From NCBI GenBank assembly GCA_951406725.2, contig OX597828.1, positions 1,860,001 to 1,924,000 on the forward strand: DNA of 64,000 bases, read 5' to 3'. Source of the stretch: Octopus vulgaris (Eukaryota). The translations under genes were made by a program, and so were the position numbers. The notes under the pieces were generated by a model, which was not told where the DNA came from, ran no database searches, and worked only from the letters and a program-made list of their open reading frames with translations. Positions 55,293-64,000 of the stretch are shown one piece after another; position 1 is the stretch's first letter; every line of letters begins with the position of its first letter.

Positions 55293-56819
55293 AGACACCA
55301 ATTATTTATACATCCCATCAACTATTTGCCACAGAGTAATGTACTAACGTTTCTTTCATAGACTGTTAAACCGTATGTTGTTAGACTGTAAGAGAGAGTT
55401 AAGCGTTTTCGAGATAAATCTCCAAAGATAAGACGTGCCATATCCTTTGCTGATGGAAGACAAAGATCATCCACAATGATATCAGCATACTTCTTATGTT
55501 TTGGCAATAGTTGAAACTAGAAAGGATACTTTCACTTCTGCATTGGTTCGTTGGAAAATATTATCACCCGATCTGTTTTCTTAATATACTTCATTGAAAA
55601 AAGATGTTAAAAATATAAATGATTGAAAGAATGAGAGCTCTATTTAAAGTAGCAATATAGACGACAGAAAGTAGCGCAGCACCGGTGAGGTGTTTGGTGT
55701 AGAAAATGCAGAAGTAACTCTTTCAAATATTTGCAGTTAAATTTGGATATGAATTCAAATTTATTCATGTTCTTTCTCCCACTGATATAAGAAAACCAAA
55801 GAAAAGACACCTGACCACCATCAATACCAGCTGTTACTGCGTGGAAAATTGTCTTCACGATATAAGTGATTAATAAATTACCTTGCTTAAAAACTAAATT
55901 ATTTGAAAGTGATGTAACCAGTCAAAAATATAAAGACTTTTAAAGTAATTTGCTCCAGATTTTTATATCCTATTGCTGTTTAAACAGTCTAATATTAAAA
56001 AAATTTTGTGACAGTAGAAAAACCATACAACATGGCAGAGGCAACTGCATTATATTATAAACTTTTGCCTAAAAAATAATTACAGTAATTGCAACACCAA
56101 CGCAGATTTTACGATTAAATTTTGTGGACATTTGTGCAATCACCACTTGAAACGGAGTGTTCTACACAAGTTAAGCAGAGTCACATACCAGGTCTTTTTT
56201 ACTCAAAGTTAGCTGGTATTGAATTTTTAACCAATTGACACGACCATAGCTTTCTGTTAAAGTAAGGATTGAGTAAGGATTACATGCAGCTTTGTAACAT
56301 CACAAAAGCTGGGAGGAGGGCTTGCTTTGTTGGTTGCGTTTATCAATTATTTAGGAAGAGACGGTTACATTGAACTGTATATTGATAGTTATATTCCTAG
56401 ACCAATATATGCCAATTGAGATGTGCACAAATACTATTTGGAGTCCATCTATCTGGCGTTTGGATTCAGTGATGGAACAATTCAATAACGTGTATATATA
56501 GGTATTCACACACACACACACACACACACACAAAGAGTATTCGTGGCTTATAAGATGCTCCGATGTATTAGGCACATACCACTTTAGAAGGTAGTAATCA
56601 GAAAAAGAGTTAAGAGTGCTTAATACTAAGGACCTCAAATACATAATAGGGTCTTCATTTATTTTTTTTATTAAACTTAAATAAAATAAATGATATTGCT
56701 TTATGTATATGATTCACTTCTTCAAAAACGTTTTTCAGGGTCAACTTCCTGTATTGACGTAGCAAACAGGTTTTTCAATGTTTACTTCCGGTATTGACAT
56801 AGCATCTACCGCTACCTAG

Positions 56820-57076
56820 ACACGCACATGTATGTATAACAGCTTCTATTTAATTTCAGAAGCTGTGTTATATCTATATCTCTTTATATATATATCTATC
56901 TTCCTCTCCTGTGAACCATTCCGTCTATGATTCACTTGTTTAAAAAGGATTTTTAATGTCAGATACGCACGCACTATGCATAACCGCTTCTATTTCATTT
57001 CAGAACCTGTGTTCACTTTTCACGCGAACGCACATATATGTATAACTGCTTCCATTTCATTTCAGAACCAGTGTTA
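56820..57076 (+). repeat. Three ~48-bp imperfect repeats
   Basis: tataac.gcttc.attt.atttcagaa.c.gtgtt recurs near 56835, 56980 and 57041. Confidence 0.75.
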
Positions 57077-57437
57077 TATTGCGTTGGCAACTAAGTTCCC
57101 GCCGTTTTATTTTTAATTTAAAAGTTTTAAAAGGTTTAATAAAAATTGACAACTAATTAATCAATAATATATTCACCCTTGTTGTTTACAACTTCTCCCC
57201 AAAGTTCAACAGGATTTTCAATACCTCATTGGTAGAAATCCCCTGATTTCGACTCGAAAAATTGATCCAACTACTCCAGTATTGAACGAAACTCTGTGCA
57301 TCCCATTTGAAAGAGATCAATGGAAATCTGTTGATGCCAAATCAGGAGATTACGGCGGGTGTGGCAGCACTTCCCAGCCATGTGTTTGAATGGCTTCGTT
57401 GGTCATATTGGTGATATAAGGGCGGGCGTTGTCGTGC
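57077..57437 (-). mobile_element. mariner 3' fragment, relative of the 15418 element
   Basis: tattgcgttggcaactaagttcccgccg TIR; reverse-complement similarity to 16570-16915 (HDNARPY..WEVLPHPP). Confidence 0.85.
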
Positions 57438-57704
57438 TGACCGTTAGTAAGGAGAGACACACAAATAAGAAAGAAGAAAGCAAAGGACCACTGATGAGGT
57501 CACAGAAGTGTGACGAAAGAACTCTGGCTGAAATAAAATTAAAATTAATGTAAAAAATAAATAACGCTGAAGCAAAGTAACACCAAATATATAGTGCGTG
57601 TGTCTTTATTGGCTAAACTGGCAAAATGACCATTCCTAAATACAACAATATCTGTTTCAACACAAGATTTCACATAAAAAATCTTGCAAAACAAATATAT
57701 AAAC

Positions 57705-57705
<1 letters not shown>
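57437..57705 (+). mobile_element. Dispersed copy of the HHR-bearing repeat at 4764-5030
   Basis: High similarity to 4764-5030 and 7594-7860; ends in (TA)n. Confidence 0.88.
57488..57527 (+). ncRNA. Minimal type I hammerhead with intact core
   Basis: cca-CTGATGA-g-GTCACA-gaag-TGTGAC-GAAAG-aa-CTC-tgg. Confidence 0.75.
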
Positions 57706-57742
<37 letters not shown>

Positions 57743-58002
57743 CGGAAAAAATCACTCACTACCTCCCCTTATTTAGAAATCTCCTGGAAATAAAAACAAC
57801 GATAAATCCATGCAATATAAACATAACGTCACAAGAAATTTGAAAATACACGCGAAACCGGTAATTTCTTTAAAAATTTAAAAATTATGTCATTTTAAGG
57901 AAAGGAAAAAAATTTTTCCAATATTCTCCAGACATTTTGACACAAATATATATATCTTTTAACATTTAAGCCTTCTGTCGTTTTTTCACACTTTACTATT
58001 TT

Positions 58003-58068
<66 letters not shown>

Positions 58069-58082
58069 CATACATACATACA

Positions 58083-58141
<59 letters not shown>

Positions 58142-58616
58142 TGTGGTAATATTTCAACAAGTAGAAAAGCACATGATCAGTTAAGAGAGTTTAAAGATAA
58201 TCTTAAATTAAAAACCACAAATCTTGAAATTACAGTTTTACATTGCTGTAGTTTGCTGAAACCGGTGGTTCATAAACTATGACAATGGTCGTACAAATAT
58301 AAAACGCTGTGTCGCAGGAAAATTTTAATCTAGATATAACAACCATCTTTCGAAATTTAAGTACCGTGATAAAAGGCATTCAACAACCCTTTCGGCTTTA
58401 AACTGGAAAATTAATTTCGTTTTCAAATGGTAAAGCCTTTCGAAATCCAGACCCTATATTAACGGGTCTAAAAAAATGGTGTGTTAGCTTGAAAAATTGT
58501 ATCTATTATAAGACTTGGAAATCACCAACAGATACATAATTTCCAGGAACTAGACTTTTTTCTTTATGTCCACATTTCAAGAAATACATCTTGTAATTTA
58601 AAAGTAGACAGACCAC

Positions 58617-59864
<1,248 letters not shown>

Positions 59865-59984
59865 ACTTTTAATAAAGCCTGTCCTTGTATGAAACGATTG
59901 TACTAAAAACCTATCCATTCTTGTTGCTTCTTTCTCGCGTATATATATATATATATATATGCTTGTATGTGTGTGTATATGTTT

Positions 59985-60188
59985 GTGTGTCTGTGTTTGC
60001 CCCTCCCCCAACATCGCTTGACAACCGATGCTGGTATGTTTACGTCCCCGGAACTTAGCGGTTCGGCAAAAGAGAACGTTAGAATAAGTACAAGGCTTAC
60101 AAAGAATAAGTCCTGGGGTCGATTTGCTCGACTAAAAGGCGCTGCTCCAGCATAGCCACAGTCAAATGACAGAAAAAAGTAAAAGAGT
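59985..60188 (+). mobile_element. 3' half of the CORE-type SINE
   Basis: Matches 26490-26697. Confidence 0.85.
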
Positions 60189-61644
60189 ATATGTGTGTGT
60201 ATTTGCGTGTGTGTGTTTTTGTGTGTGTGTATATGTATGTATATGTAAGTGTTTGTATGTTCATGCGAGTGTATGTTTGCTTCTATCTAACTATCTATCT
60301 GTATGTATGTAAACCTATGTGTATTTGTTTGTACTACTATCTTTATTCTCATGGTTCAACCAAATTTTTATGTTTATACTTTTAATGTAGCAACTAATTC
60401 ACTCGTGAAGCAATATGCGTGTGGATTTTTAGGAATGTAATGATAAATGTAGTTAGAAATATAAATAATTTATTCACGTCATACTATGATCCAGTTGCAG
60501 GATTCTGGTAAATACTGCATCATCTAGATTAATGGTATGAGTAATGAGAAATAAGAAGTATATTCGATAAATGCTAAAACAGAATGAAATCTAAATGAAT
60601 ACTACACTTCTAGCAGTTCAAGCAACATTCTATTATCGCTATTTGAAAAACAATCTACATCTAAATAGTATATGAGAGCGATAATAGTTAGATGAACAAT
60701 GATATAAGTGACGATGCATTATAAATGGACATTTACAATATTATTACTGATAGCTGAACATCATCGAGAATTCGTTATTTATAGAAGACTCGAGTAATTA
60801 CCTCCATGACAGGCATTCGTACGGTGATAAATATAATCAATAGCAAAATTGTTGCGTGTAAAACAAAATATAAAAGTTAATTAAATGAAACAAAATAATA
60901 AATATGCCACAGAAAGCCGAACGGCTTCAGAATAATTATTGATATTAATTAATGATATTATAGTAATTTCTATAGTAAAATTACTCCTAACGGCCCTTAC
61001 TATGTTACTTTTACAATTAATATAGTTCTTTATTTGCTTCGGTAGTTATATTTATAGCTTTCTTTGTCTATGTCTGTCTTGTATTTTTTCCCGTGCTACA
61101 GTGAAGAACATTTCCACAGAAATTATGACTGATTTGGAACAGAACAGAAAGTTGGTCCCGCAGCTAAAATTTGATTATAAACCTTTAGAAAAACATTATT
61201 CACGCTGTAAGAGCAGATGTGTAAGTGTAAAACTGCTGTTACATTGAACGTATATTAGTTAGGCAGTATGAATGTAACATGATATAACGTTGGAACAATC
61301 TTATGGATCGGCCAAAATTAGGCCAATTTAATCATATTTGTAATATCCTGTGGATGGTATAACAACAACTAAAACATGGAGTTTGTGGAAACGTACGTAG
61401 CAATGCATTAAAGGATTTATGAATTTCATCCAAAGTTCTTGTTATTACTATATTCATGCTACACTATAGCGGCAGCAGACTAATAACTTTTTCCATAAAG
61501 TTATTCTGGAAGATGGGAAGAATAAGGGTTACTCAAAAACGCTTCACATAAATGGATTTATATACATATATAAATATATACACGTATTTGTGTATACGCA
61601 CACACATATATACATATGCACACATACATACATACATACATACA

Positions 61645-61680
<36 letters not shown>

Positions 61681-61996
61681 TATACATACACACACAAAAA
61701 CACATAGAGGCACACACACAGACAGACACACACACACGCACACTCACATACACATATATATGCACACACACATGTAAAAGGCGATGAAATTGTTGGATAT
61801 GTAAAATATGACATTCAGCAGATCACTAGTAATAATGTGAGAATCTCGAACGAGACAATTGAAAATACTGGCCGAAGAACACAGAAGGAGAAGATACTTA
61901 ATATATCAATACTCACGAGACTAGTTTTAAAAACTGACAAAATACAAAAACAAAAAAAAAAAACACTGACCCAATAGGGACCTAAAGAGCGAGAAA

Positions 61997-62021
61997 TGAC
62001 GCATGCGGAAGGGAGCGCCAT
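61997..62021. promoter_or_regulatory. Cluster of promoter-type motifs
   Basis: TGACGCA (CRE-like), GCATGCG (NRF1-like), CGGAAG (ETS), CGCCAT (YY1-like) within 25 bp. Confidence 0.3.
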
Positions 62022-63202
62022 AGCACTTAAAGAACTTTTTACAAGGAAACTGGTATGCCATACTTTGATTTATTAACAAAATTTAATCTGACAAATTTTA
62101 TGGATTTGCAACGTAAAACTGAAGAAGCAGTTAAAATCCATTGCAGAAGAGAAAAAAAAAATCATTATTTGTTTTGTCTGATTATGTGGTCTGGTGCTGT
62201 TGTAATTTAAGGACAATTTACATTGCTGTTTTTACTTGTCCGTTGGCAAAACGTAAACACGACAATATTCCCTTTTCATTACGTATTACTATGATTTAGA
62301 AGAGAGATCATTGCATAATATATTTTCAGAAAACAACGTATACAAAAGAGCATAGACGATGTGTATCAAACGTAGCACACGGGACATATTTTTCTGGCGC
62401 ATATCCTTCATGCATGTCACACATTCCTGTTTTTTTTTTTTTCTGTCAGCAGAAAGGAACGTATGAAACAAGGGATACTAAAAGTCTGAAAATAAGCCTA
62501 GACGTTTAGGACAAACTTATAAAGTGCTTTGGACAAGCAAAGCGTGAACGATTAACAGACGAATATGGCTGTAGGAAGATCTCTTCTACCTAAATCAAAC
62601 TAATATTTTAGTTTTCCTTTGCATTAATGGCTGATTTCATTACCATTCAATATATCACGGAAACAGAAATGTATCTCTTGATCTCCAGTTTACGACTTTG
62701 GTTCGAAGAATGCATTTAACTCAATAACGTTGATATCAAGAATGCTGTTATCCTTTTCGAGCTCTTATCCTTATCTTCTTAATTGATCTATAATAGGTCA
62801 AGCTGACTTTGATGCATACTAATTATCGTTCGACATTCTTTGTCCTAACTTTCAATTCAAATCGATCAGGAAATTCAAAGACAAACTTGAGATTAATACT
62901 CCTCGATTCCACTATCCATCTGATAGTAGTTACAACTTAATCTCATTAATCATGAATTATGGTCTAATATTTCTGCAAAGTTTTAAAATCTCTTCTGTAC
63001 AAAATTTAAAGTTGTCATCCTTGCCATGTTGTTTAACTCACTTAACTTATAAAGAACAGTGCTGCTACTGCTGCATATATAAGCTCACAGGCATAGTGTC
63101 TCTTCCCTCTGAGTGTATCGCTACAATAAATCCCTGTTCCTAGGAACTGGTTGGGCTCACACACATCCACCTCTGATTGTTTATATGAGAATACTTAAGA
63201 TA

Positions 63203-64000
63203 TTGATTTCAAATTTGGCACAAGGCCAGAAAATTTGGGGAAGGGGCTAGTCTATTACATTAACCCAAGTGCTCAAATGGTACTCATTTTATCGATCCCG
63301 AGAGGATGAAAGGTAAAGTCAATCTCGGCAGAAGTTGAGCTTAAAGCGCAAAGACGGACGAAATGTCACTGCGCATATGCCTGTCGCGCGCTATAGATTC
63401 TGACAGCTCGCGCCTTGAAAATATTTAAAATATCCCTTTTCTACTCTAGGTACAAGACCCCAAATTTTTGAGGAGGGAGCCAGCCGATTACATCGACCCC
63501 AGTACACAACTGGTACTTAATTTATCGACCCCGAAAGGATGAAAGGCAAAGTTGACCTCGGCGGAATTTGAACTCAGAACGTAAAGCCAGACGAAATACC
63601 TATTTCTTTACTGCCCACAAGGGGCTACACACAGAGGAGGACAAACAAGGACAGACAAATGGATTAAGTCGATTACATCGACCCCAGTGCGTAACTGGTA
63701 CTTAATTTATCGACCCCGAAAGGATGAAAGGCAGAGTCGACCTCGGCGGAATTTGAACTCAGAACGTAGCGAAATGTTAGCGGTATTTCGTCTACCACTA
63801 CGTTCTGAGTTTAAATTCCGCCGAGGTCGACTTTGCATTTCATCCTTTCGGGGTCGATAAATTAAGTACCAGTTACGCACTGGAGTCGATGTAATCGACT
63901 TAATACCTATGTCTGTCCTTGTTTGTCCCCTCAATTTTTAGCCCCTTGTGGGTAATAAAGAAATAGGTATTTCATCAGCCGCTACGTTCTGAGTTCAAAT
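63203..64000. mobile_element. SINE cluster: minus copies 63203-63417 and 63436-63769, plus copy from ~63770 running off the window
   Basis: Repeated gagttcaaattccgccgaggtcgactttgcctttcatcctttcggggtcgataaattaagtaccagt units in both orientations. Confidence 0.92.

Noticed and set aside
55320-55860. Possible pogo/Tigger-like transposase remnant (TVKPYVVRL)
   Set aside because: There are too many stops and no recognisable catalytic motif.
56820-57076. Spaced repeats resembling a CRISPR array
   Set aside because: There are only three imperfect units with irregular spacing, in a eukaryotic context with no cas genes.

Overview
AT-rich, microsatellite-saturated eukaryotic DNA. The SINE and repeat landscape strongly suggests a coleoid cephalopod (Octopus); this is an inference. 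I found no intact host protein-coding gene, and most ORF-track entries are microsatellite translations. The window is a nest of decayed transposable elements: at least 7 Penelope-like element (PLE) RT/GIY-YIG fragments, R4/Dong LINEs mostly beside trinucleotide microsatellites, an L1/Tx1-like LINE, RTE remnants, three mariner families (one near-intact DD34D copy), a full-length IR/DR Tc1 (DD34E), a Chapaev3-like remnant, a non-autonomous Helitron and several tRNA-derived SINE families. The main hidden signal is non-coding: more than a dozen type I hammerhead-ribozyme (HHR) motifs from many distinct families. They are intact or decayed, often have palindromic or loop-less stem III, and sit mostly in PLE tails or in short ORF-less units between (TA)n tracts. 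One is a ~130-nt HHR plus TpsiC/B-box unit with terminal redundancy that resembles a retrozyme. The window also holds tandem duplications, locally templated insertions, a long SINE inverted repeat and two weak promoter candidates.
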